Source: an uncultured Verrucomicrobiae bacterium
GTDB lineage: Bacteria; Verrucomicrobiota; Verrucomicrobiia; Limisphaerales; Palsa-1400
Assembly (NCBI GenBank): GCA_963707025.1
Contig: CAVPOM010000007.1
Coordinates: forward strand, 160,001 to 224,000
Length of the DNA stretch: 64,000 bases
Reading direction: 5' to 3'
Position 1 is the first letter of the stretch, and every line of letters starts with the position of its first letter. Shown piece after piece: positions 29,860-39,715 of this stretch. The notes beneath the pieces were generated by a model. It made no database searches. It was given only the letters and a program-made list of their open reading frames with translations, and was not told the origin of the DNA. The translations under genes and the position numbers were made by a program.

Positions 29860-31259
29860 CCCATGACCAATTTCTTGATCAGGCCGCAAACTTCGGTGGA
29901 ATCAATTTCCGCCGGCAGCGGCGCCGGCGGGGATTCGCAGACGAAAATCGGACGCCCGGCCCGGTCCGCCGCGCGCCGGCCGTGCGAGCCTTTCACCAGG
30001 CTCGCATCCAGCGGGATGACCTCCAGCAGGGTGCGAAATCCCAGGTTCTGGCGCAGCAGCCGCCAGAGGATGCGCCATTTCAGGAGGGGAATTTTTGGAT
30101 CCAGGAAAAGTTCCACCGGATCAAATCCCGGTTTGCGATGAATGTCCACGCACCGCGCAAAGTCCGGCGCGCGCGCGTCTTCCAGCCAGTAATAGTAGGT
30201 GAACCACGCTCCCTCCGCCGCCACGGCCACCAAATCCCCCGCCCGGGCGTGCTGGATGCCCCAGGCGGTTTTCTCCGCCGCGCCCAGCAGGGTCTCGACG
30301 CCGGGTTCGCTCTGCAAAACGTCGCGCACGGCCCGTTCCAGGGAAGGGTCATTCAGATAAATATGCGCGACCTGGTGATCGGCCACGGCAAAGACTTTGC
30401 TCGCGCCGCAATCCAGCACTTCCAATCCCAGTTCGTCCTTCACCCTCAGCCAGCCCTTTTGCCGGAAGAGGCGGTTCAAATGAACCGGCCGGTCCACCGC
30501 GGTCACGCCGTATTCGGAGAGCAGAATAATCTGCACTCCGTGGTCGCGAAAAAAGGAAATCAAATCGCCGGCCACGCCGTCAATCCGCGCCAGATCGTCG
30601 CACCGGCCCGTGCGGACCGCCTCTGGCCCGTGCCGCTGCAAATTGTAGTCCAGGTGCGGCAGGTAGATGAGGCTGAGGGTGGGCGCGTATTTGTTTTCGA
30701 TCCATTGGGCCGCCGCGGCGATCCACCGCGAGGCCGCGTCCGCGCTGCCTTGCGGGGAAGTCACGCCCGCCGCCGGACCCCAGAAGGCCGGGAAGGGAAA
30801 CTCCCCCAAGTCCCGTTTGATTTCCTCCCGCATGCCGGAAGGCGAGGTATAAATGTCAAAAATCTTGCGGCCGTCGGCGGGGTAGATCGGGCGCGGCGTG
30901 ATGGAGTAATCCACCGTCGCATACATGTTGTGCCACCAAAACAATTGCGCGCAGGTGAATGGGGGGCCGCTTGGCCGCAGTTGCTCCCAAATTTTCGGGG
31001 CGGCCACCAGATGGTTGGATTGTTTCCAAAACAGGACTTCGGCCAGCTCGCGGTCATACCAGCCGTTGGCCACGATGCCGTGGCGGGCGGGGGTCGCGCC
31101 TGTCAAGTAATTGGATTGGGCCGTGCAGGTCACCGCCGGAAAAGCCGGGACGATGGACGCCCTGGCCCCCTGGCCGAGGAATTGCGCCAGGCGCGGCGTG
31201 GCCGGACCGAGGAGCGATTCGGTCAGCCCGACCACGTTGATGACCGCCGTGCGTTTCAA
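29856..31259 (-). CDS. eboF: Alkaline-phosphatase/NPP family protein (EboF-like)
   Basis: [52 protein letters not shown]. Confidence 0.82.
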   Translation of the reverse strand: MKRTAVINVVGLTESLLGPATPRLAQFLGQGARASIVPAFPAVTCTAQSNYLTGATPARHGIVANGWYDRELAEVLFWKQSNHLVAAPKIWEQLRPSGPPFTCAQLFWWHNMYATVDYSITPRPIYPADGRKIFDIYTSPSGMREEIKRDLGEFPFPAFWGPAAGVTSPQGSADAASRWIAAAAQWIENKYAPTLSLIYLPHLDYNLQRHGPEAVRTGRCDDLARIDGVAGDLISFFRDHGVQIILLSEYGVTAVDRPVHLNRLFRQKGWLRVKDELGLEVLDCGASKVFAVADHQVAHIYLNDPSLERAVRDVLQSEPGVETLLGAAEKTAWGIQHARAGDLVAVAAEGAWFTYYYWLEDARAPDFARCVDIHRKPGFDPVELFLDPKIPLLKWRILWRLLRQNLGFRTLLEVIPLDASLVKGSHGRRAADRAGRPIFVCESPPAPLPAEIDSTEVCGLIKKLVMG

Positions 31260-31269
31260 GGGGGCTGAT

Positions 31270-32466
31270 TCACTGGCGCCGCGCGCACAGGATTTTCCCC
31301 GCCTGGCGGGCCTGGCGCTGCTGCAATTGGTGGATGGCGTCGAGCATTCCGGGCAGGCTCACCTGATGGATTTCCACCGGCCGGCCAATGTCCTGGAGCA
31401 TGGTCAGGCTCAATTCCCCGCCCAGGTGTTCGCGAAATTCCTCCAACCCCTGCAGCAGCACTCGCTGCTGATCGGAGTCCAGATAAAGCATCTCGTTGGC
31501 GAACAAGGCAAAGCCCAGCGCCTCCAGCAGCGACAGCGCCCGTTCCGCCGCCGCCGCGCCGAGCAGGCCCGCCTGGCGCGAATAGACCACATCCAGCGCC
31601 ATCCCCGCCGCCACCGCTTCCCCATGCCGGATATTATAGTCGGAAAGCTGCTCCAGCTTGTGCGCCGCCCAATGCCCGAAATCCAGCGGCCGGGCCGCGC
31701 CGGTCTCGAAAGCATCGCCGCCCGAGGCGATGTGATCCATGTGCAGTTCCGCGCAACGGCGGATCATCTCCCGCATGGCCGCCGGCGCAAACGCCGCCAA
31801 CGGAGCCGCCTCGCGCTCCAGTTGCTCGAAAAAATCGCGGTCCCGAATCAGCGCGACCTTGACCGCCTCCGCGCCGCCCGCGCGTTTGTCGCGATCGGAC
31901 AGGGAGGAGAGCATTTCAAAATCATTGATCACCGCATAAGGCGGGGCAAAGGTGCCGATGAAATTCTTTTTGCCAAAGGCGTTGATCCCGTTTTTCACGC
32001 CCACTCCCGCGTCACATTGGCTCAAGGTCGTGGTCGGAATGCGCACATGGCGCAGGCCGCGATGGGCCGTGGCGGCGGCCAACCCCGCGACATCCAGCAA
32101 CGCCCCGCCGCCGACGCCCAAAAGCCAGGAATGCCGGTCCAAGTGGCAGCGTTCCACTTGCGAGTGGATTTCGGAAAGGTGAAAAGGGGAATTCTTGGCC
32201 CGTTCCCCGCCCTCGATGAGGAGCGGCGGGCAAACCAGATGGAGGCGCTCAGGGCAGGCCGCAAAATATTCCGCGATCCGGTTTGTCAATCCCGACTGCG
32301 CCGAGGCCAGGCCTTCGTCCAGCACGACCAGCGCCGCCGCCCGCGGCGAAGGGCCGGCCAGGATGTCCCTGAGCAGCGGATTGGCCCTGTCGAACACCCC
32401 GTCTGTAAAATGGACCTGATGCTCGAAATGAACGCAGATGTTTCGCTTGATCACAGTCACGCTCAC
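31270..32466 (-). CDS. eboD: Dehydroquinate-synthase-like sugar-phosphate cyclase (EboD-like)
   Basis: GGERAKN, GGGALLDVAG, PTTTLSQCDAGVGVKNG, RPLDFGHWAAHKLE, RHGEAV; adjacent to the eboF-like gene. Confidence 0.8.
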   Translation of the reverse strand: MSVTVIKRNICVHFEHQVHFTDGVFDRANPLLRDILAGPSPRAAALVVLDEGLASAQSGLTNRIAEYFAACPERLHLVCPPLLIEGGERAKNSPFHLSEIHSQVERCHLDRHSWLLGVGGGALLDVAGLAAATAHRGLRHVRIPTTTLSQCDAGVGVKNGINAFGKKNFIGTFAPPYAVINDFEMLSSLSDRDKRAGGAEAVKVALIRDRDFFEQLEREAAPLAAFAPAAMREMIRRCAELHMDHIASGGDAFETGAARPLDFGHWAAHKLEQLSDYNIRHGEAVAAGMALDVVYSRQAGLLGAAAAERALSLLEALGFALFANEMLYLDSDQQRVLLQGLEEFREHLGGELSLTMLQDIGRPVEIHQVSLPGMLDAIHQLQQRQARQAGKILCARRQ

Positions 32467-32618
32467 TCACTATCCCTCTTTGCCCAAATCTTTTCGAGTT
32501 TTTATTTATCAAATGAGCCAGCCGCGCTGGTGTTTGAGAGGGGGGCTTGGCGTGGAAGGCCAAGCCCCTTTGTGCTCTTCGTTTCCTGTTGCCTGCTGCG
32601 CCCCGTTTTGAAGCGGGA

Positions 32619-32933
32619 TCACTTTTCACCCAGCATCGCTTCCAGGTCCGGCGCGCCCTGATAAACGTGGTTCACCTGAATTCCCCCGGCGATGCCACGG
32701 TAAAAAATGAGGTGGTTTTCAAAACCTAAAATGCGGCAGGAACGGATGCCCAGGAGCCGGGGATTCCGAAATCGGCGCAGCCTGCCCAGGCCGGGAGTGG
32801 CGGCCAGGGTTTGGAACGTCGCGCAGGCCGCTTCGATGAAGCGCGTCGCGGCCTCGGAATTATTGTGGGCGATGAAGCGCCAAAGGCCCCACAGTTCATC
32901 CTCCACGCCAGGATCAAGGATATATTTAGGCAT
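32619..32933 (-). CDS. parE: RelE/ParE-family toxin
   Basis: DELWGLWRFIA...LAATPGLGR...NHLIFYR...VYQGAPDL. Confidence 0.82.
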   Translation of the reverse strand: MPKYILDPGVEDELWGLWRFIAHNNSEAATRFIEAACATFQTLAATPGLGRLRRFRNPRLLGIRSCRILGFENHLIFYRGIAGGIQVNHVYQGAPDLEAMLGEK

Positions 32934-33201
32934 CGGAGTGGGATTCTTTCATCCGTTTGCGGAGCCGGCGAAACACTTCCTCGCCATCACCGCCGTCGCC
33001 ACGGTCAAGGCGGTCCATGCTTTGCAGCAACTGGGTTTCCAGTTCTTCAATCGTCTTCGGCCCTTGGGGCAGGCGCGCGTCCTGCTCTTCCTTGAGACGG
33101 CGGAGACCGGCGCCGATGACTTCGCTGGCGGTCTGATAAAGGCCGCTCTGGACTTCTTTCTCCACAAATTGTGCCAATTCCGGCGTCAGCGATATATTCA
33201 T
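32926..33201 (-). CDS. parD: ParD-family ribbon-helix-helix antitoxin
   Basis: MNISLTPELAQFVEKEVQSGLYQTASEVIGAGLRRL. Confidence 0.85.
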   Translation of the reverse strand: MNISLTPELAQFVEKEVQSGLYQTASEVIGAGLRRLKEEQDARLPQGPKTIEELETQLLQSMDRLDRGDGGDGEEVFRRLRKRMKESHSDA

Positions 33202-33379
33202 GATGGAACGCAAGATTCACTGCACCGGCAGCATACCACAAACAACCGAAAAGAGGCAAATCTTGTTATGGGAAGACTGATCCCGCAGCATCGCACTGGC
33301 CCGTGTGCAAGGCGCCGTTCCGGCGGCGGTCACAGACCGCCGCGACAATGCCTGCCACGGGATTCCACCGGACGGGGGT

Positions 33380-34486
33380 TCAGATGCCTTCGCCGAGATT
33401 CGGGCTGGGCATTTCGTGGTTGGTGGAAACCTCCGAGCCAAGCTGGCCGCTGTCGGTGGAGAGAATCCGGTAATGGCGGATTTGCATCGAGACTTTTTGG
33501 CCGTCATCCAGGCCCAGGCGGGAATACTCCTCCTTGCTCATGCGCGAGCGCACCACCAGGCCGCTGGGCAGCACCAGTTCCAGCCGCAGCATCACGCCCA
33601 AAAAATAGGTCCGCCGCAGTATCGCCGGATAACGGCAGGCCGCCGCATCCGGCGACACCTGCACGGCGTAAGGCCGGAATCCGATCCGCAGCTTCTGGCC
33701 GTTGCCAAGGCCGTGCGCGGGAAACTCCAGTTCCTGGTAACGCGCCACCCCGTCCTGCACTGCCAATTCCAGGACGTTCAAGACCCCGACAAACTTGGCG
33801 ACAAACTCATTGCGCGGCAGCTCATAGACTTCCTGCGGCGTGCCGATCTGTTCCAGCCGCCCGTTGGAAAAAATGACGATGCGGTCGGCCACCTCCATGG
33901 CCTCTTCCTGGTCGTGGGTGACAAAGACGGTGGTCAGTTTCAAATCCTGATGGAGCCGCACCAGCCATTGGCGCAATTCCTGCCGGATTTGCGCGTCCAC
34001 CGCCGCGAACGGTTCGTCCAGCAGCAGCACATCGGGATTGCCGGCCAGGGCGCGGGCGATGGCCACGCGCTGGCGCTGCCCGCCGGAAAGTTGGTGGGGA
34101 TAGCGCTGTTCCAAGCCCTTCAATTCCAGCAACGCGACCAGTTCGGCGACCCGCGCCTGGATGCGCGCCTTGTCCCACCTTTTGATTTTGAGGCCGAAGG
34201 CGATGTTCTTGAAGACGGTCATGGTCTTGAACAAGGCGTAATTCTGAAAAACGAAACCGATGTTGCGGCGCTGGGCCGGCACGCCGTTGACCTGCGCGCC
34301 GCGGATGAAAATGCCGCCCTCGTCGGGCATCTCCAGCCCCGCGATCAAGCGCAAGGCGGTCGTCTTGCCCCCGCCGCTGGGACCGAGCAAGGCCACCAAC
34401 TCGCCGTCGCTGACGGTGAAATTGATGTCGTGCAGCGCGCAGACGCCGCCGAAATGCTTGCTGATATTTTTTAACTCGATGCTCAA
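33380..34486 (-). CDS. cysA: Sulfate ABC transporter ATP-binding protein
   Basis: TTG start ([12 protein letters not shown]), [42 protein letters not shown]-like C-terminus. Confidence 0.9.
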   Translation of the reverse strand: MSIELKNISKHFGGVCALHDINFTVSDGELVALLGPSGGGKTTALRLIAGLEMPDEGGIFIRGAQVNGVPAQRRNIGFVFQNYALFKTMTVFKNIAFGLKIKRWDKARIQARVAELVALLELKGLEQRYPHQLSGGQRQRVAIARALAGNPDVLLLDEPFAAVDAQIRQELRQWLVRLHQDLKLTTVFVTHDQEEAMEVADRIVIFSNGRLEQIGTPQEVYELPRNEFVAKFVGVLNVLELAVQDGVARYQELEFPAHGLGNGQKLRIGFRPYAVQVSPDAAACRYPAILRRTYFLGVMLRLELVLPSGLVVRSRMSKEEYSRLGLDDGQKVSMQIRHYRILSTDSGQLGSEVSTNHEMPSPNLGEGI

Positions 34487-34530
34487 GGGAGAGGCCGAGG
34501 ATCGCCGGAAGCCGGGAAAATGTCGAGGAC

Positions 34531-35404
34531 TTAAAGAGGCTCCTCTTCCCGCCGGCTTTTCCATTCCAGGTAAGTCTTGATCCCCAAAGTGACCAGCGCC
34601 AGCAGGGCCAGCAAAGTGGCCACGGCAAACGGCGCCGCCGGATGACCGATGTCCTCGGTACAGTTTTTCCACGCGCAAGGGCAGGGTGTCGGTCTTGCCC
34701 GCAATTCTGCTGGAGACGACGAAAACCGCGCCAAATTCGCCCATGGCCCGGGCGTTGCACAGGATGACGCCGTAAAAAAGACCCCATTTGACCGAGGGCA
34801 GGGAGACATGCCAGAAGGTCTGCCAGCCGCCGGCCCCCAGGGTCAGGGCGGCTTCCTCCTGTTCCCGGCCCTGGTCCTCCATGATGGGAATCAATTCCCG
34901 CGCCACAAAAGGAAAGGTGACAAACAGGGTCGCCAGCACAATGCCGGGCACGGCAAAAATAACGGCCATCCCGTGCGCCTCCAGCCAGTGACCGAGCAAG
35001 CCGTTGGCGCCGCAGAGCAGGACAAACATCAATCCCGCCACCACCGGGGACACCGAAAAAGGCAGGTCAATGAAAGTCAACAAAACCGCCTTGCCGCGAA
35101 ACTCGAACTTGCCGATGGCCCAGGCCGCCGCCACCCCGAACACCACGTTGAGCGGCACGCTGATGGCCGCCACCAACAGTGTCAAGCGAATCGCCGCCAC
35201 CGTGTCCTTTTCCAGCAGCGTCGCCCGGTAAGCGGCCAGGCCGCCGGAGAAGGCCTGCACAAAGACGTTGAGCAGCGGCAGCAGAATGAAGACGGCCGCA
35301 AAAAGGCCGGCCACTCCGATCAAGAGCCATTTGACCAGGGGCGATTCCTGGGTGGAGGAACGGGCCAGGCGCTCCGGCGCGGCGGTGGAGTCGGGCAGGT
35401 TCAT
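34531..35404 (-). CDS. cysW: Sulfate ABC transporter permease W; 1-nt frameshift at about 34657
   Basis: IDLPFSVSPVVAG, FVTFPFVAREL, ARAMGEFGAV; last TM (AVATLLALLALVTLGIK) is in another frame ending at 34531. Confidence 0.88.
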
Positions 35405-36273
35405 GGCCGTTGAAATTTGGCGGACCACCCTTGCAGCCAGTTCAGCGTGAAGAGCAGCGCGAAGGAAAAGATCAGCAGCACCAGGGCCACACCGATGGCC
35501 CCCGTGTAATCAAAGCCCCCGCTTTCCAACCGCATCACCACCAGGGTCGGGGCGATTTCCGTCTGAAAAGGCAAATTGCCCGAGATGAAAACAACGGACC
35601 CGTACTCTCCCAGGCCGCGCGCGAACGCCAGGCCAAACCCGGTCAGCACCGCCGGCAGCAGGGTCGGCGCAATCACGCTCCAAAAAGTGCGCCATCGTCC
35701 GGCGCCGAGGATGGCCGCCGCTTCCTCCACGCCCTTGTCCAGGTTTTTCAGCAGCGGCTGGAGCGTGCGCACGGAAAAAGGCAGCCCGACAAACGTCAGC
35801 GCCAGCACCACCCCCAGCCGGGAAGACTGGCCCTGAATGCCGAGCGGCACCAGAAACCGGCCCAGCCAGCCGTGGTCGGAAAAAATATTCGCCAGGGTCA
35901 GGCCCGCGACCGCGGTGGGCAGGGCAAAGGGAACGTCCACCAATCCATCCAGCCACCGCCGTCCCGGAAACCGGTATCGCACCAGCACCCAGGCCAGCAG
36001 ACTTCCAAAGGCGGCGTTGAGCAAAGCCGCCACGAAGGCCGCGCCCAGGCTCAATTCATAAGCCGCCAGCGCCCGCGCGTTGGTGGCCAGATCCCACAAT
36101 TGCGACCACGACAAACTCAGCGCCTTGAGGGAGAGCACGGCGATTGGAATCAGCACCATAACACTCAGGTACAGGACCGTAAACCCCAGCGTGATCCCGA
36201 AACCGGGCAGCGCAACGGATTTGGCGGATCTAACAGCCTCTGTGGGCATGGTTGATTTTGCTTTGGACTCCAT
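35401..36273 (-). CDS. cysT: Sulfate ABC transporter permease T
   Basis: LPGFGITLG, DVPFALPTAVAG, FARGLGEYGSVVFISGN. Confidence 0.92.
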   Translation of the reverse strand: MESKAKSTMPTEAVRSAKSVALPGFGITLGFTVLYLSVMVLIPIAVLSLKALSLSWSQLWDLATNARALAAYELSLGAAFVAALLNAAFGSLLAWVLVRYRFPGRRWLDGLVDVPFALPTAVAGLTLANIFSDHGWLGRFLVPLGIQGQSSRLGVVLALTFVGLPFSVRTLQPLLKNLDKGVEEAAAILGAGRWRTFWSVIAPTLLPAVLTGFGLAFARGLGEYGSVVFISGNLPFQTEIAPTLVVMRLESGGFDYTGAIGVALVLLIFSFALLFTLNWLQGWSAKFQRP

Positions 36274-36279
36274 TTGCTC

Positions 36280-37287
36280 TCACCGCCTGTTCCGGGAGAT
36301 TTGGTCAAATATTCCCCCTTCGTCAAAATGAATTTTCTGGGCCTCGGCCCAGCCGCCAAATACATCCTGTATGGTAAAGGTCTGGATTTTTGCAAAGGTC
36401 TTCTCGTGCCGCCTGGCCACTTCGGCCAGACGGGGCCGGAAAAAATGGTTGGCGGCGATTTCCTGCCCGGCCGGGGTCCAGAGAAAATTCAGGTAGGCTT
36501 CGGCGATGGCGCGGGTGCCCCGCTGGTCCACCACTTTGTCCACGACCGAGACCGGCGGCTCGGCCAGAATGCTGAGGGTGGGGTAAATGATTTGGTAGTT
36601 CCCCTGCCCGGGTGAATTCATGGCGAGAAGGGCTTCGTTTTCCCAGTTGACCAGGACATCGCCCAGGCCGTTCTGGATGAAGGAGGTGGTGGAGTCCCTG
36701 GCCCCGGTGCCCAGCACCTTGACGTTGCCATAAAGCTGGCCCACAAACCGCGTGGCCGTGTTGGTGTCGCCGTGGTTGTGCTTCAAAGCATAACCATAGG
36801 CGGCCAGATAGACCCAGCGCGCGCCGCCGGAGGTTTTCGGATTGGGCGCGATGAGCGCGACGCCCGGCTTGACCAGGTTGTCCCAATCCTGGATGCCCTT
36901 TGGATTTCCTTTCCGCACCAGAAAGACAATGGTGGAGGTGCAAGGCGTGCTGTTGTCCGGCAGGCGGGTCTGCCAGTTGGCCGGCACCAAATCTCCGTGG
37001 TTGTGCAGGGCGTCAATGTCGCCGGCCAGCGCGAGGGTCACCACGTCGGCCTTCAACCCGTCCATCACCGACCGGGCTTGTTTGCCGGAGCCGCCATTGG
37101 ACAGGTCCACCTGGACCAAATCGCCGGTTTTTGCCTTCCAGAAATCCGAGAAGGCCCGGTTGATTTCCTGGTACAATTCCCGCGTCGGGTCGTAAGAGAC
37201 ATTGAGCAGGGTGATGGTTTTCTGCGCCCCGGCCGGCGGGACGGCCAGGGCCAGAACCATTGCGAAGATGCCGCACATTTTGTTCAT
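36280..37287 (-). CDS. sbp: Sulfate-binding periplasmic protein
   Basis: LLNVSYDPTRELY, GGSGKQAR, PNPKTSGGARW, WENEA. Confidence 0.93.
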   Translation of the reverse strand: MNKMCGIFAMVLALAVPPAGAQKTITLLNVSYDPTRELYQEINRAFSDFWKAKTGDLVQVDLSNGGSGKQARSVMDGLKADVVTLALAGDIDALHNHGDLVPANWQTRLPDNSTPCTSTIVFLVRKGNPKGIQDWDNLVKPGVALIAPNPKTSGGARWVYLAAYGYALKHNHGDTNTATRFVGQLYGNVKVLGTGARDSTTSFIQNGLGDVLVNWENEALLAMNSPGQGNYQIIYPTLSILAEPPVSVVDKVVDQRGTRAIAEAYLNFLWTPAGQEIAANHFFRPRLAEVARRHEKTFAKIQTFTIQDVFGGWAEAQKIHFDEGGIFDQISRNRR

Positions 37288-37302
37288 GCGAGAATCCGGC
37301 CT

Positions 37303-38829
37303 TTAAAATGCGAACTGCAGTCGTGTCAACAATACCTTCTCGTCCTGGGCGGCCACCGTTCCTTTCACCGCCTGGTAACCCGGCGCAAACCCAAATCTAG
37401 ATTGATCGTACTCGAATATCCATTTTATATTTTTATTCATAAGCCAGTTCAGTCCCACGCTCCAAGTCTCGGCGCTCCGGGCCGAACCGGCCGCGGCAAA
37501 ATCGGCCTTCCCGGCAAAAGCGGCCGGGTCAACATCAAGCCCTCCGACCCGCGCGACCAACTGCCAGGCGCCCAGGCCGGAACCATCAAGGCGGAAAGGA
37601 TGCAGCGGGGCGGGCGGCGTCAAGAGGTCGTTCTTTTCCCCGGTGAGATACCAGGAGGCGTTAACATCCCATGCGGTGTTATCGAAAAACGCCTGGGTGG
37701 TTTTGGGCGCGGTGTTTTTCTTGAGTTGAAACTTTTCCGTAGAACAGGCGTATTCCCAGAACAGCCCGGCCGGCCCCTAGAAGTACCATCCTTGGGGAAC
37801 CAGCCGGACATGGTCGCCCGCTTCGGTGACCGATGCGCTTGCGCCATTGGTATAGCTGAAAAAGGTTTGCCGGCCCACGGTGGCAAAACTGGGCAGGCTG
37901 GAACCGACCTCGTATCCGTAACTGGCGCCCAAGCCGAGACCGAGGCCCTTGAGGGCGGCAATCGAAGTGTTCGTGAACGGCTGCACAAAAATCCGCGCCG
38001 CCACATCCTTGCTGTTGGAGTCGGTTTCGATGTCGCCGCTGCCCCCGTCCTGCAACCCGTTGTACATCCCCGCGGCATAGGAGAAGGCCCCATGAAAGAG
38101 ATCGCCGTGAACCTGGATGCCGACGTTGCGGTTGGGCACCAGTTCGGATGGATAGCTGCGCTCCACAAACCAAAGGCTCGCGTCGGCGGGCTGCCACTCC
38201 AAGTTAACCAACTCCTTGAATTTGCCGCCTTGAATCTGGAATCCCGGCCAGTAATGGATGTTCACGTAAGCATCCTGCAACAAGGAGTTGTTGGTCGTCG
38301 TGGCACTGTCCAGCGCCCCGAAGTCTTCCTGAACGTAGTAATCGTAATCCTTATATACTGAGCCGGATTCGATCAACCGCATACGGCGGAGGGTGAGAGA
38401 ATCTTTCTGTTCAGGGTTGACACTTTGGTAGTAATGCCCGTCCAACTGGCCCACGCCCTGTAGTCGCAGGGTGAAATTGGAGTCGGCCGACCTGAGCCAA
38501 AAACCGTTCGACCCGGCCGTGACATAGCCGAGGTCCGGGATGGCGTTGGACGATCCGGTCTGGGCCGCAACGGGGTTGTCTGCCGGCTGGCTCCCGGCTG
38601 GATGTTGCAGCTCAGCCTGATGCTGGTTCTCCAACTGTTGCACCTTGGCGCTTAACTCCTCAATTTGCCTTTTCAAACCCGCGATGGCATCGGCGGTGTC
38701 GTCGGCCAAGATGGACGGGGCAATGAGCTGCGCGCCGATGACGGCCGCAACGATCCAATGGCAGGTTTTGGTCATTGTCTTTGTTTGTTGTGCCGGCGCC
38801 TCTGGAAGCACAGTCGGTTTGCCGGCCAT
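37303..38829 (-). pseudogene. OprO/OprP-type anion porin with one in-frame TAG at 37777-37779
   Basis: ORFs 37777-38829 and 37303-37623 share a frame; read-through gives QGWYF*GPAGLFWEY...ASWYLTGE...TRLQFAF (C-terminal Phe); start may be downstream (MTKTCH). Confidence 0.8.
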
Positions 38830-38877
38830 TTTTTGTTTAAACTCGCTTCATCGGCGAGCAATTTAACAGAATACTAT

Positions 38878-39017
38878 ACTATGTCAATAGAGATTTATAT
38901 GATTAAATATATAACGTTATTTATTGGATTTCATGCATGGTTTGTGCGTCCGATACTCTAAATGTCAACCCAAGCAGGGGTGATTATTTCATAAATGTTG
39001 ACTAAACCAGTAGAGAT
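38878..39017. promoter_or_regulatory. Two putative Rrf2 operator sites in the AT-rich divergent promoter region
   Basis: ACTATGTCAATAGAGAT (38878-38894) and ACTAAACCAGTAGAGAT (39001-39017), 13/17 identical; resemble IscR/CymR-type boxes. Confidence 0.55.
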
Positions 39018-39033
39018 GGGTAGTATAGAGGGG

Positions 39034-39495
39034 ATGAAACTCACTGGTCGCGGGGAATATGCGTTGCGCGCCCTCCTGGTGTTGAGCCTGCACTATGGTG
39101 AAAGCGCCGTGCGAATCCAGACGATTTCCGAGGAGCAGCGCATTCCCAAGAAATTCCTGGAGCAGATTCTCATTGATTTGAAAAGGCTGGGGGCAGTGGC
39201 AAGCAGGCGCGGCATGCATGGCGGATATCGTCTGGCCCGCCCGCCCGAACACATCACCCTGGCCTCGGTCGTCCGGCACATGGAGGGGGCGATGGCTCCG
39301 GTGGGTTGCGTGAGCGAGCGCTTTTACGAACGCTGCACCTGCCCGGATGAGGCGCGCTGCGCCCTGCGCGATGTGATGAAGGAGGCGCGCGAGGCGGTGG
39401 TCAGGATCATGGAACGCCTGACCCTGGCGGACTTGCGCGACCGGGCGCGGCGCCTGGAGAAACCGGCGGCCGCGGTGGTGGATTTCGTGATTTGA
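39034..39495 (+). CDS. Rrf2-family regulator (CymR/IscR-like)
   Basis: EYALRAL, FLEQIL, SRRGMHGGYRLARPP; Cys cluster C-x8-C-x-C-x5-C; C-terminal DFVI. Confidence 0.92.
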   Translation: MKLTGRGEYALRALLVLSLHYGESAVRIQTISEEQRIPKKFLEQILIDLKRLGAVASRRGMHGGYRLARPPEHITLASVVRHMEGAMAPVGCVSERFYERCTCPDEARCALRDVMKEAREAVVRIMERLTLADLRDRARRLEKPAAAVVDFVI

Positions 39496-39715
39496 CCGTG
39501 AAACACGCCCCGCCCGCCTTGGGCGGGATTCCGCGTCATTACCCTGACACAAATATAAAGACTTCAAACGCCTCACCCTCGAACATCGAACCCCGGGGGG
39601 CCACGCCTCTCCAAGTGGTGAACTCGGTGGTTCTGATTGCCATTGCCGTGATCGTTCCAACCGCCCCGGCCGCCGCCAATGATTTCCTGCATACTGTCAA
39701 ATAGAATTCTGGCGG

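Noticed and set aside
33380..35428. Apparent 682-aa CysW-CysA fusion
   Set aside because: Caused by an extra C at about 34657; the last CysW helix and its stop (34531) are in another frame, and cysA has its own TTG start at 34486.
11382..37779. Stop-codon reassignment suggested by the in-frame TAA and TAG
   Set aside because: TAA and TAG both terminate clear genes here (for example TAA at 578 and TAG at 63826-63828); two isolated stops fit mutation or error.
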